Shown here in pieces: positions 55,534 to 64,000 of a stretch of DNA of 64,000 nucleotides. Below the pieces are notes generated by a model. That model did no database searches. It had not been told where the DNA came from and saw only the letters and a program-made list of their open reading frames with translations. The stretch is from NCBI RefSeq assembly GCF_021246445.1, contig NZ_JAJQXW010000001.1, positions 1,692,168 through 1,756,167 on the forward strand, in the 5' to 3' direction. How positions within the stretch are numbered: position 1 is the first letter of the stretch; every line of letters starts with the position of its first letter. The DNA is from Rhabdothermincola salaria (lineage in GTDB: Bacteria > Actinomycetota > Acidimicrobiia > Acidimicrobiales > Acidimicrobilacustridaceae). Both the position numbers and the translations under genes were made by a program.

Positions 55534-56790
55534 TCAGTACGACTCGGGGTCGGCGGCGACGGCGGCGGGCACGGGATGGTCGAAGAGCCGTGCCGCGTTC
55601 TGCCAGGTGATCTTGCGGACCTCGTCGGGTGGGAACCCGGTCAGGGCCTCACCCACCATGCGCTGGGTGTTGGGCCAGGTGGAGTCGAGGTGGGGGTAGT
55701 CGCTCTCGACGCAGATGTTCTCGACCCCGATGCGGTGGCGCAGCTGCATGTTGGAGGGGTCCTCGAGGGCGCAGAACCAGAAGTTGCGCTGGAGGACCTC
55801 GGCCGGACTGAGCTCGTAGCCGTCCCAGGTGCCGTAGAGCTCCTGGTAGCGGGCCACGTGGTCGAGGCGGTCCAGCAGGCCGGGCACCCAGGCGATCCCG
55901 CCTTCGGAGAGGCAGATCTTGAGCCCGGGGAACTTGAGCGGCAGCAGCGAGTAGAGCCAGTCGACGGCGGAGAACATGGCCGACGCGAAGAACAGCACGC
56001 CGAGGGCGTCGGGGGGCGCTTCGGGGTTCACCGGCGGCGGGGACGACGCCGAGCCGATGTGCAGGCAGATGACGGTGCCGGTCTCCTCGCAGGCGGCCAT
56101 GAAGGGGTCCCAGTGGCCGGTGTGCAACGACGGCAGGCCGAGCTTCTCCGGCGCCTCGGGGAACGTGACGGCCCGGAAGCCGCGCGAGGCGTTCTCCCGG
56201 ATCATCGACGCCGCCTTCTGCGGGTCGAGCAGCCACGGGATCTGCACCGGGATGATGCGATCGGGGTGGGTGCCCGCCCACTCCTCGAGGTGCCAATCGT
56301 TCCACGCCCGCACCACCGCGTCGGCCAGCGCCTCGTCCTTGGTGCCGAGCTGGAGGCGCTGTCCGGCGAAGCCGGGCAGGGCCGAGGGGAAGCAGACCGA
56401 GGCGTACACGCCGTTGAGGTCCATGTCGTGGACGCGGGCATCGATGTCCCACGCCCCCTTGCGCATCTCGTCGAACCGGGAGGGCTCGAAGGAGGCCTCG
56501 AGGACCGGGCGCCCCACGACGGCGTTGAGCCCGACGTTGGGCTGGGTGCCGTCGAAGTGCCACTGCTGGCGCCCGTCGTCCTCCTCGATGATGCGCGGCG
56601 CCCGTTCGACGAACCGCTCCGGCACCCGCCCCTCGAACAGGTGGGGAGGTTCGACCACGTGGTCGTCGACCGAGATGAGCAGGTAGGGCCGGGCCCGACG
56701 CTGGGGTTCGGGCAGGAAGGTCACCGTCTTGGGCCGACCCTGCGCGCCCCGGGTGAGGCCTCGCTTCTGCTCGTCGTTGAGCACGACCAT
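55534..56790 (-). CDS. Amidohydrolase-2 family protein
   Basis: ISVDDHVVEPP, DMDLNGV...FPS, LHIGS, ESDYPHLDSTWP. Confidence 0.92.
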   Translation of the reverse strand: MVVLNDEQKRGLTRGAQGRPKTVTFLPEPQRRARPYLLISVDDHVVEPPHLFEGRVPERFVERAPRIIEEDDGRQQWHFDGTQPNVGLNAVVGRPVLEASFEPSRFDEMRKGAWDIDARVHDMDLNGVYASVCFPSALPGFAGQRLQLGTKDEALADAVVRAWNDWHLEEWAGTHPDRIIPVQIPWLLDPQKAASMIRENASRGFRAVTFPEAPEKLGLPSLHTGHWDPFMAACEETGTVICLHIGSASSPPPVNPEAPPDALGVLFFASAMFSAVDWLYSLLPLKFPGLKICLSEGGIAWVPGLLDRLDHVARYQELYGTWDGYELSPAEVLQRNFWFCALEDPSNMQLRHRIGVENICVESDYPHLDSTWPNTQRMVGEALTGFPPDEVRKITWQNAARLFDHPVPAAVAADPESY

Positions 56791-56891
56791 CTGATCCCCC
56801 GATCAGGTCTGCCACCGCCGCCGACTGCTGCGGTTTCAATACTTTACATGATGGGTGGTCGGGTTCCGAAGGCTCCCGGCGCGGACTGCGG

Positions 56892-57704
56892 TCAGCGGTT
56901 GCGAGCCGGCCGACGCACGCCCGCGGTGGCCCCCCCGTCGACCACGAAGGACCCACCGGTGCAGTAGGACGCGTCGTCGGAGGCGAGGAAGGCGGTGAGG
57001 GCGGCGACCTCGTCGGGACGGCCGAGGCGGGCGATGGCCTGGTTCGAGAAGTACGACGCGATGGCGTCGTCGTCGGCGCCGTCGACGAGGCGGGTGCCGA
57101 TGGCCCCCGGGTGCACCGAGTTCACCCGGATGCCGTCCGGTCCGAGCTCGAGCGCCGCCGCCTTGGTCATGCCCGTGATGGCGAACTTGGTGGCCGTGTA
57201 CGCCATCAGGTCGGTGGCTCCCACCAGGCCCCGCACCGAGGAGGTGTTCACGATGGACCCGCCGCCCCGGGCCCGCATGGGGGCGATCACCGCCTTCATC
57301 CCGAGGAAGGTGCCGACCTGGTTGACGTCGACGCTGCGGCGGTAGTCGTCGAGCGAGCACTCCTCGAGGGGAGCGTGCACGACGATGCCGGCGTTGTTGA
57401 CCGCGATGTCGAGCCCGCCGTGGCGGGCGGTGATCTCGGCCATGGCGCGTTCCCAGTCGGCCTCGGACGACACGTCGAGGGCCACGAACCAGGCTGAGTC
57501 GTCGCCGTGCTCACGGCGGAGGTCGCTGGCCAGCGACTCCCCTGCCCCGGCGTCGAGGTCGGCCACGACCACCACGGCGCCCTCGGTGGCGAAGCGCCGG
57601 GCGATCGCCTCGCCGATGCCGTGGGCCGAGCCCGTCACCAGTGCCACCCGGCCGGTGAGCCGGGTCGGGACCGGGGTGGTCGAGGGGCGGCTCGGATCGG
57701 TCAT
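56892..57704 (-). CDS. Short-chain dehydrogenase/reductase (hydroxysteroid dehydrogenase-like)
   Basis: TGSAHGIG, VNNAG, YTATK, IRVNSVHPG. Confidence 0.93.
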   Translation of the reverse strand: MTDPSRPSTTPVPTRLTGRVALVTGSAHGIGEAIARRFATEGAVVVVADLDAGAGESLASDLRREHGDDSAWFVALDVSSEADWERAMAEITARHGGLDIAVNNAGIVVHAPLEECSLDDYRRSVDVNQVGTFLGMKAVIAPMRARGGGSIVNTSSVRGLVGATDLMAYTATKFAITGMTKAAALELGPDGIRVNSVHPGAIGTRLVDGADDDAIASYFSNQAIARLGRPDEVAALTAFLASDDASYCTGGSFVVDGGATAGVRRPARNR

Positions 57705-58288
57705 CGGTCTGCTCTCCCGCGCGAGCCCTTGCTCGCGCTGTCGTCGGTGTCGGTCTTGGTCTCGGCGGCCCCGGACCCCGGGGCCACCCGGGAGCGTCCC
57801 GTCCGCGATGCGGGCACGGCCCGCAGGTCGCCGACCAGGCGGTCGAGCTGGTCGACCAGGGCGGCCAGCTCGGTTGGCGACCAGCCCGACAGCTGCTCGG
57901 CCATGATGGCATCGGTGGACGCCTCGACCCGGCGGTAGGCACCCCGTCCCGAGGCCGTGGCCACGATGACGCTGGCCCGCCCGTCACCCGGGTCGGCCCG
58001 CCGTTCGACGTAGCCCTCGGCCTCGAGGGCCTGGACCTGCCGGGTGAGGGCGGCGGGGTGCATGCGACCGGCTGCGGCCAGATCGCTCATGCGGATGGGG
58101 CCGCCCTCGATCACCCGGCCCAGCACGGAGACGGCGCCGTAGCCGATGGAGACACCCGAGCGGGCGGCGTTCAGGCGCTCGAGGCGGGCGCTGCCGGTGA
58201 TGCGGTGCAGCGCCTGCAGCGCGTCGCGCAGCCGTCGGCGGGCGGCGGCGGGGTCGGCGCCGACGTCGGTGGGCCGGGCCGCGCTCAT
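57701..58288 (-). CDS. MarR family transcriptional regulator
   Basis: GPIRMSDLA...LTRQVQALE.EGYVER..DPGDGR. Confidence 0.9.
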   Translation of the reverse strand: MSAARPTDVGADPAAARRRLRDALQALHRITGSARLERLNAARSGVSIGYGAVSVLGRVIEGGPIRMSDLAAAGRMHPAALTRQVQALEAEGYVERRADPGDGRASVIVATASGRGAYRRVEASTDAIMAEQLSGWSPTELAALVDQLDRLVGDLRAVPASRTGRSRVAPGSGAAETKTDTDDSASKGSRGRADR

Positions 58289-59121
58289 CGCCACACCTCG
58301 GCCACCGTCGCCGCCACCGCGGCCCCTTGAGCCCGTCCGGCCTCGGCCGCCGGCCGGCGGGTGGCCGGATCGAGGGGGTTCGGCCCGAAGGCCGCTTGCG
58401 CCGCCTCGTCGGCGGTCACGACCGCGACCCGGGCACCGGAGGCGCGCAGCTCGGCCACCTCGTCGTCCACCGGTCCGGCGATGCCCCACGCGAACGGCGC
58501 CACCACGACGACCCGGTCGTGGCCGGCCGCCAGGTCCGCGTTGATGGTCGAGCGCACCCCACCGTCGATGTAGCGACGGACGCCGATCGTCACCGGGGGC
58601 CAGACGCCGGGGACCGCGCAGCTCGCCCCGACGGCCTCGACCAGGCTCGCCCCACCGTCGGCGTCGAAGGCCACGAACTCGCCGGTGGCGGCGTCGACGG
58701 CGGTCACCACCACCTTGCGGTCGGGCCACTGGTGCACCGGCAGGCGGGCCTCGATGACCCGGCGCCGGTCGGCCTCGGGCACGGTGTCGGCGGCCAGGGC
58801 CACCTCCCCCAGGCGACGCCGTAGCTCCTGGGGTGCGGGTCGGTCGGACAGCAGCTCCACCAGGGTGGCGGTGAAGGCGTCGGTGTCGAACTCGACGGCC
58901 AGCTCGCCGGTCTGCTCGGGGGCCACCAGCTGGGCCTCGTACAGCTCGGCGAGGTCGTTCCCGGTGGTGATCTGGGCGGCGACGACCGACCCGGCCGACG
59001 TGCCCACCACCAGGTCGGCATCGGTGAGGTCGACCCCGGCGTCGCGCAACCCGAGCAACAACGCGGTCTCCCAGGCCACGCCGGCGACCCCGCCCCCACC
59101 CAACACCAGTGCCTTGCCCAT
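58285..59121 (-). CDS. Patatin-like phospholipase
   Basis: LGGGG, GTSAG, ASCAVPG, DGG. Confidence 0.93.
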   Translation of the reverse strand: MGKALVLGGGGVAGVAWETALLLGLRDAGVDLTDADLVVGTSAGSVVAAQITTGNDLAELYEAQLVAPEQTGELAVEFDTDAFTATLVELLSDRPAPQELRRRLGEVALAADTVPEADRRRVIEARLPVHQWPDRKVVVTAVDAATGEFVAFDADGGASLVEAVGASCAVPGVWPPVTIGVRRYIDGGVRSTINADLAAGHDRVVVVAPFAWGIAGPVDDEVAELRASGARVAVVTADEAAQAAFGPNPLDPATRRPAAEAGRAQGAAVAATVAEVWR

Positions 59122-59238
59122 GACCCTCGTCTCTTCACCAGATGCGGCGGGGGCCGGTCACCACGTCGTGACCGGCCCCCGTCGTCCTTACGCGGCCTCG
59201 GTGCGGGACCTCTCGGGCCCGCACCGAGCACCCGAGCC

Positions 59239-60396
59239 TCAGCCCAGCGGCTTCTGCGTGGAGCCGACGGCCCACATCGCGTAGAACTGGGCGTTGGCGC
59301 CGTAGGCCTGTGCGATGGCCAGCTTGGCGTCGGGGACCTGGTGGTCGCCGGCCATGCCCCGCACCTGCAGGGCCGCCTCGGCGAAGCGCAGCAGACCCGA
59401 CGCCCCGATGGGGTTCGACGACAGCACGCCGCCGGACATGTTGACCGGGAAGTCGCCGTCGAGGGCGGTGGCCCCCGAATCGGTCATCTTCCAGCCCTCG
59501 CCGCGCGCCGCGATGTCGTGGGCCTCGAGCCACATGGGCTCGTACCACGAGAACGGCACGTACAGCTCGGCGCAGTCGATCTGCTCGCGGGGGTTGGTGA
59601 TCCCGACCTGGTCGTAGATCTCCTGCGAGCACATGTGGGCGCCCTTGGGGCTGACGGGGTCGCGACCGGCGAAGGTCGACGGTTCGGACTTCATGGCGGT
59701 GGCCAGGACCCAGGCCGGCGGGTTCGGTGCCTTCTTGGCGCCGTCCTCGTCGGTGAACACCACCGCGCACGCTCCGTCGGACGACGGGCACGACTCGAGG
59801 AAGTGCAGGGGGTCCCACATCATCGGGGACTCCTTGACCTTCTCGATGGTGATGTCGGCCAGCTTGAGGTGGGCGTAGGGGTTCTTGGCGCCGTTGAGGC
59901 GGTCCTTGACGGCGACCTTCCAGCCGACGTCCTCGGGAGCCCCGGAGCGACGGATGTAGGCCCGGATGAACGGGGCGAACGCCCCGCCGGCGCCGATGGA
60001 CCCGCCCTTGCCGCCACCGAGGGCGAACTGGGCGTTGCCCTCGGACTGCTTTTCGAAGGCGACCGAGAGCACCCGCTTGTGGCGCCCGGCTCCCACGAGG
60101 TGGGAGCCCACGATGCCGGTGGAGCCACCGACGGAGCCGGCGGTGTGCACTCGGAACATGGGCTTGCCGTTGGCGCCGAGGGCGTCGGCGAGGAACATCT
60201 CGGGCTTCATGACGCCTTCGAACAGGTCCGGGGCCTTGCCCAGGACCACGGCGTCGATGTCACCCCAGTCCATGCCGGCGTCCTCGAGCGCCCGTTCGGC
60301 GGCCTCGCGCACGAGGCCGGCGATGGACACGTCGCCGCGGCGACGCTTGTGATGGGTCTGGCCGACGCCGACGACGGCTACAGGCTGGTGGCTCAT
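59239..60396 (-). CDS. Thiolase-domain protein (Ltp3-like)
   Basis: GKAPDLFEGVMKPE, RVHTAGSVGGST, CPSSDGACA, ELYVPFSWYEPMWLE, SSNPIGASG. Confidence 0.88.
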   Translation of the reverse strand: MSHQPVAVVGVGQTHHKRRRGDVSIAGLVREAAERALEDAGMDWGDIDAVVLGKAPDLFEGVMKPEMFLADALGANGKPMFRVHTAGSVGGSTGIVGSHLVGAGRHKRVLSVAFEKQSEGNAQFALGGGKGGSIGAGGAFAPFIRAYIRRSGAPEDVGWKVAVKDRLNGAKNPYAHLKLADITIEKVKESPMMWDPLHFLESCPSSDGACAVVFTDEDGAKKAPNPPAWVLATAMKSEPSTFAGRDPVSPKGAHMCSQEIYDQVGITNPREQIDCAELYVPFSWYEPMWLEAHDIAARGEGWKMTDSGATALDGDFPVNMSGGVLSSNPIGASGLLRFAEAALQVRGMAGDHQVPDAKLAIAQAYGANAQFYAMWAVGSTQKPLG

Positions 60397-61463
60397 GCGT
60401 CACCCTCCAGGATGGCTACGAGGTTCTGCTGGAGGCAGGGGCCGGACGTGGTGTGAGCCAGCGTGCGGCGCTTGCCGTTCTCCATGATCTGGCGGGCGGC
60501 CTCGATCATGCGGATGATGCCGGTGACCATCACCGGGTTGGCGGCGAGGGCGCCGCCGGAGGGGTTGACGAGCGTCTGGTCGTCGAGACCCAGCGACTCG
60601 CGCAGGATGAGCTCCTGGTAGCTGAACGGGGCGTGCAGCTCGGCGACCTCGATGGGTCCGTCGCCGGCCCCGGCTCCCTTGGCCGCCTGCGTGGTGGACA
60701 CCGAGGTGGTGAGGTCGCGCAGGGTGGGCAGGTGGGGCTCGATGCGGTGGTCGATGCCCGTGATCCAGGCCGGACGCTCGCAGAGGTCGTAGGCCCGCTT
60801 GCCCCGGGCCAGGACCACGGCGGCGCAGCCGTCGGTGGTGGGCGGCAGGTCGTGGCGACGCAGCGGCTGACGGATGTAGTCGGCCGCCAGGAGCTCGTCG
60901 ACGTCGAAGTCACCCGAGACCTGGGCGTGGATGTTGTCCTTGGCGGCGGCCCGGTTGCGGGCCACCACCTCGGCCACGTCGCGCTCGGTGGCCTTCCCGG
61001 ACTCGAGCAACGCCTGGTACTGCAGGGCGTGCAACGACCAGGGGTCGGCCCCGAGCGGGGTCAGGTAGTAGGGGTCCATCTCGATCGTGTAGAGCGTGCT
61101 CGGATCGGAGTTGGAGTTCTTGCCGACGCCGGCGGCGACGGCGGTGTCGATGTCGCCCTGGAGGAGGCGCACGAACGCCTCGTAGAGGGCGAAGGAGCCG
61201 TCCATCTCGACGTGGGACTCGTTGATCGGCGGCCAGGCGCCGTACGCGTCCACGTTGGAGACGAACGAGAAGGCCTGGCCCGACAGGTAGTCGCAGGAAC
61301 CCGACACGGTGAACCCGATGTCGTCCTTGGTCAGACCGGCGCTCTTGATGGCTCCCTGCACGGTGGGCAGCATCATCAGGGTCTCGGTGTCCTCGGTACG
61401 GCGCACCAACGGTGAGATGGCGTAGCCGACGATGGCGATGTCGTTCTCGGTGCGGGGCATCAC
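60393..61463 (-). CDS. Thiolase-domain protein (Ltp4-like)
   Basis: SGSCDYLSGQAFSFV, WPPI.ESHVEMDG, ELHAPF, NPSGGALAANP, SGPCLQQNLV. Confidence 0.88.
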   Translation of the reverse strand: MMPRTENDIAIVGYAISPLVRRTEDTETLMMLPTVQGAIKSAGLTKDDIGFTVSGSCDYLSGQAFSFVSNVDAYGAWPPINESHVEMDGSFALYEAFVRLLQGDIDTAVAAGVGKNSNSDPSTLYTIEMDPYYLTPLGADPWSLHALQYQALLESGKATERDVAEVVARNRAAAKDNIHAQVSGDFDVDELLAADYIRQPLRRHDLPPTTDGCAAVVLARGKRAYDLCERPAWITGIDHRIEPHLPTLRDLTTSVSTTQAAKGAGAGDGPIEVAELHAPFSYQELILRESLGLDDQTLVNPSGGALAANPVMVTGIIRMIEAARQIMENGKRRTLAHTTSGPCLQQNLVAILEGDA

Positions 61464-62476
61464 ATCATCCGTTCCACGTAGTTCTCTTCCGGCTCATCCG
61501 GCTCTCCGGTGGGTCGCCAACCGCGCATGCAGTCTCCGGCGACACCCCAGCCGCGGTTGCCGACGTCGTCGACGTTGCGCTCCTCGGGCGGGGCCCACAC
61601 GCACTCGACGTGCATGCCCACCCGGATGTCGTAGGCGTCGACGTCGAGCATGGCCTGCTGGTTGAGCACCGCATCGGTGCCGTCGAGCAGGATCGAGCAG
61701 CGGGCGAAGGGCTCCGTCTCGGTCTGGCCCGGGTACGGCGTCGGGGTGATGACCGTGAAGTTGGTGATCACGCCCTTGTCGGGCACGTCGACGAGGTGGC
61801 TCTCGTCGAGCTCGATGGCGTCGACGCAGCACATCCCCCGGGGACCGACGTAGATGCGCTCGCACTGCGGGCACTTCTGGCCGATGAGCTTGCCCTCGAG
61901 GAGCGACTTCATCCAGATGATGGTGGCCGGGGCGGTGTTGTCGACGTAGGTGAGGTCGCAGAACATCTCCATGGCGTCGACCGGGAGCTCCTCAGGAGCG
62001 CTCCACGGGTCGCCGGCGCCCTCGGAGGGGCCACCGTCGCTCGCCGGCACGAAGGCCTCGAGGTCGTCGATGCGGCCCTGGCGCTCGCTGCGCCACCGCG
62101 GCTCGACCCGCATGCCGATGCTCATGGCGTCGGCCGAGTCGACATCGACGGCGTGGAACATCGGGGTGTCGGCGCCGTCGAGGGTGACGAAGGCGAAGGC
62201 GAACGGCTTCTGCAGCGGGTGCAGGTGGGTGGGTTCGGGAACCCAGGTCCAACCGGTCACCGTGCCCTTGGGGCCGACCTTGACGAAGTCGGTGCCGGCG
62301 GCGGCGCCGTTCTCGGGGTCGTACTCGAGCGGCGGGGTGATGACCCGGTCACCGACCTTGACCCCGATGAGGGTCTGGTCGGCCAGCGCGGATGCGAAGG
62401 CCCCGACGGTGGGGCCCAGCGTGCGCTGGAAGGGGAATTGGAGTCGGAAGACCGACTCTCGGACGACATCTGCCAT
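61460..62476 (-). CDS. Tandem DUF35 OB-fold protein (Rv3521-like)
   Basis: RTLGP, PPLEYDP, GTVTGWTW, LDGADT..H.VD; second repeat CPQC. Confidence 0.88.
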   Translation of the reverse strand: MADVVRESVFRLQFPFQRTLGPTVGAFASALADQTLIGVKVGDRVITPPLEYDPENGAAAGTDFVKVGPKGTVTGWTWVPEPTHLHPLQKPFAFAFVTLDGADTPMFHAVDVDSADAMSIGMRVEPRWRSERQGRIDDLEAFVPASDGGPSEGAGDPWSAPEELPVDAMEMFCDLTYVDNTAPATIIWMKSLLEGKLIGQKCPQCERIYVGPRGMCCVDAIELDESHLVDVPDKGVITNFTVITPTPYPGQTETEPFARCSILLDGTDAVLNQQAMLDVDAYDIRVGMHVECVWAPPEERNVDDVGNRGWGVAGDCMRGWRPTGEPDEPEENYVERMM

Positions 62477-62549
62477 GTGGTTCTCCTCGTGGGTTGAGGC
62501 GTCGTGGTGGGTGGGTGGATCGGTGGGCGACGAGACGGCGACGGGGCCG

Positions 62550-63353
62550 TCAGCGGCGCCGGTAGACGGGTGGGCGCTTCTCGGCGAAGGCCCGGGGGCC
62601 TTCCCTGGCGTCCTCGGTGGCGAAGACGGCCTGGCCGTAGGCGAACTCGTGGTCGAGCGCTTCTCGTTCGGTCATGCCCTCGGTCTCGCGCAAGGTGCGC
62701 AGCACGGCCTCCACCGCCAGCGGACCGTTGGCGGCGATCTGGTGGGCGATCTCCTTGGCCCGGGTGAGGGCCTGGCCGTCGGGCACCACGTGGCCGACGA
62801 GGCCGTAGTGCAGCGCCTCGTCGGCGGTGAGCTCGCGCCCGGCGAGGAGCACCTCGGCGGCGATGGTGTAGGGGATCTGGCGGCGCAGGCGGACGGCCGA
62901 GCCGGCCATCGGGTACAGCGAGCGCTTCACCTCGCTGACGGCGAAGCGGGCGCTCTGCCCGGCCACTCGGATGTCGGTGCCCTGCAGCAGCTCGGTGCCC
63001 CCGGCGAAGGCGATGCCCTCGACCGCGGCGATGAGCGGCTTGGTGGGCTGGTAGTGGCGCAGCAGGCACTTCCACATGAGGTCGGGATCGTCGGCCAGGC
63101 GGGCCCGCACGTCGATCTCGGTGTCGGCGTCGGGGCCTTCGTCGCCGGCCATGGCCTTGAGGTCGGCCCCGGAGGAGAAGTTGCCCTCGGCTCCCGTGAG
63201 CACGAGGGCGTGGACGTCGTCGTCGGTGTCGGCGGCGACCATGGCGTCGTGCAGGCGGATCAGCATCGCCCCGGACAGGGCGTTGAGCCGCTTGGGCCGG
63301 TTCATGGTCATGACCAGGACGGGACCGTCGCGCTCGATCAGGGCATCGGGCAT
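62550..63353 (-). CDS. Crotonase/enoyl-CoA hydratase (EchA19-like)
   Basis: MNRPKRLNALS, GGTELLQGTDIRVAG, SEVKRSLYPMAGSAVRLRRQIPY, EGPRAFAEKR. Confidence 0.92.
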   Translation of the reverse strand: MPDALIERDGPVLVMTMNRPKRLNALSGAMLIRLHDAMVAADTDDDVHALVLTGAEGNFSSGADLKAMAGDEGPDADTEIDVRARLADDPDLMWKCLLRHYQPTKPLIAAVEGIAFAGGTELLQGTDIRVAGQSARFAVSEVKRSLYPMAGSAVRLRRQIPYTIAAEVLLAGRELTADEALHYGLVGHVVPDGQALTRAKEIAHQIAANGPLAVEAVLRTLRETEGMTEREALDHEFAYGQAVFATEDAREGPRAFAEKRPPVYRRR

Positions 63354-63521
63354 GCGTTGCCTCCCATGGCGTCGTGGCCCCCCGGGGTGCCGGCGGAATG
63401 CGGCAGTCGACTGGCGACCACCGGCTCGCCGCACCCTAATTTACTTCACACCGCATAGCAATTAGATGCCGTCGCTCCCCCATCAGCCGCGAGACCCGGA
63501 CGGTCGACCATCATCGACGAG

Positions 63522-64000
63522 GTGCCCCTGGTCCACGATCCCGATCGGCTCGCCCTGCACAAGGGCCTGCGGGCCGGCTTGGCCGTGCCCGTCACCTACG
63601 GGGTCGTCGGCGGGGCGATCGGCGGCACCGCCTCGCTCTTCGCCGCCTTCGCCTGCTTCTCGGCGCTGGTCTTCGCCGACTTCCAGGGCCCTGTCCGACG
63701 CCGCCTCGGCGGCTACGGCTTCCTCCTCGTGGGCGGGGCGGCCCTGGTGGTGCTGGCCGGAGCGGTGGCCGACAGCCTCCCCGCGGCGGTCGTCACCGTC
63801 TTCGTGGTGGCGTTCGTCCTGCGCTTCGTCGGCTGCCTGGGCGGCTACGCCACGGTTGCCGGCACCACGTTGATGACCGCGTTCGCCCTCGCCGTGATGG
63901 CCACGCCCGTCGAAGAGATGGACCAGCGGGTCGCCGGCTGGGCCATCGGGGTGCTGGTGGCCACCGCGGTGGCCGTGCTGACCACTGCCCGCTACCGCTA
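63522..64000 (+). CDS. FUSC-family membrane protein, N-terminal part (truncated by the window edge)
   Basis: Open frame from GTG 63522 to the end: VHDPDRLALHKGLRAGLAVP...LFAAFACFSALVFADFQGP..RRL; multiple TM segments. Confidence 0.7.
   Translation, partial: MPLVHDPDRLALHKGLRAGLAVPVTYGVVGGAIGGTASLFAAFACFSALVFADFQGPVRRRLGGYGFLLVGGAALVVLAGAVADSLPAAVVTVFVVAFVLRFVGCLGGYATVAGTTLMTAFALAVMATPVEEMDQRVAGWAIGVLVATAVAVLTTARYR

Overview
This 64 kb window is very GC-rich and gene-dense, and it looks like an actinobacterial chromosome. Gene content and order suggest an Acidimicrobiia-like lineage (inference). The left half (1-34.8 kb) is mostly core genes: glpX, a fatty-acid desaturase, a sulfite-oxidase-family molybdoenzyme, sua5, two LLM oxidoreductases and a thiolase. 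It also holds an sqr-tusE-dsrE sulfur cassette, tRNA-Ala(CGC), a translin/TRAX-like gene, a galU-moeA-moaA-moaC-glpR-like run, a CIRCE-preceded FmdB zinc-ribbon gene, uppP, tldD with two pmbA paralogues, and a flippase-PAP2-dxs operon. A REP-like repeat family (6 copies, both orientations) lies at 8.0-8.5 and 11.5-11.9 kb, and at the first locus it brackets a ~205-nt candidate structured RNA. Positions 34.8-57.7 kb form a catabolic cluster of unknown substrate. It encodes a CoA ligase, acyl-CoA dehydrogenase, hydratase, Ltp2-type aldolase plus DUF35, three amidohydrolases, two SDRs, SnoaL, cupin and class II aldolase proteins, a GntR regulator, an Opp-type ABC importer coupled to an AtuA-like/DUF4387 pair, and a DapA-fold protein lacking the Schiff-base lysine. 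The right end has sterol side-chain-type genes (echA19/DUF35/ltp4/ltp3-like) and a truncated FUSC-like gene. No CRISPR array, rRNA, integrase or transposase was seen. All calls come from motif recognition by eye; no searches were run.
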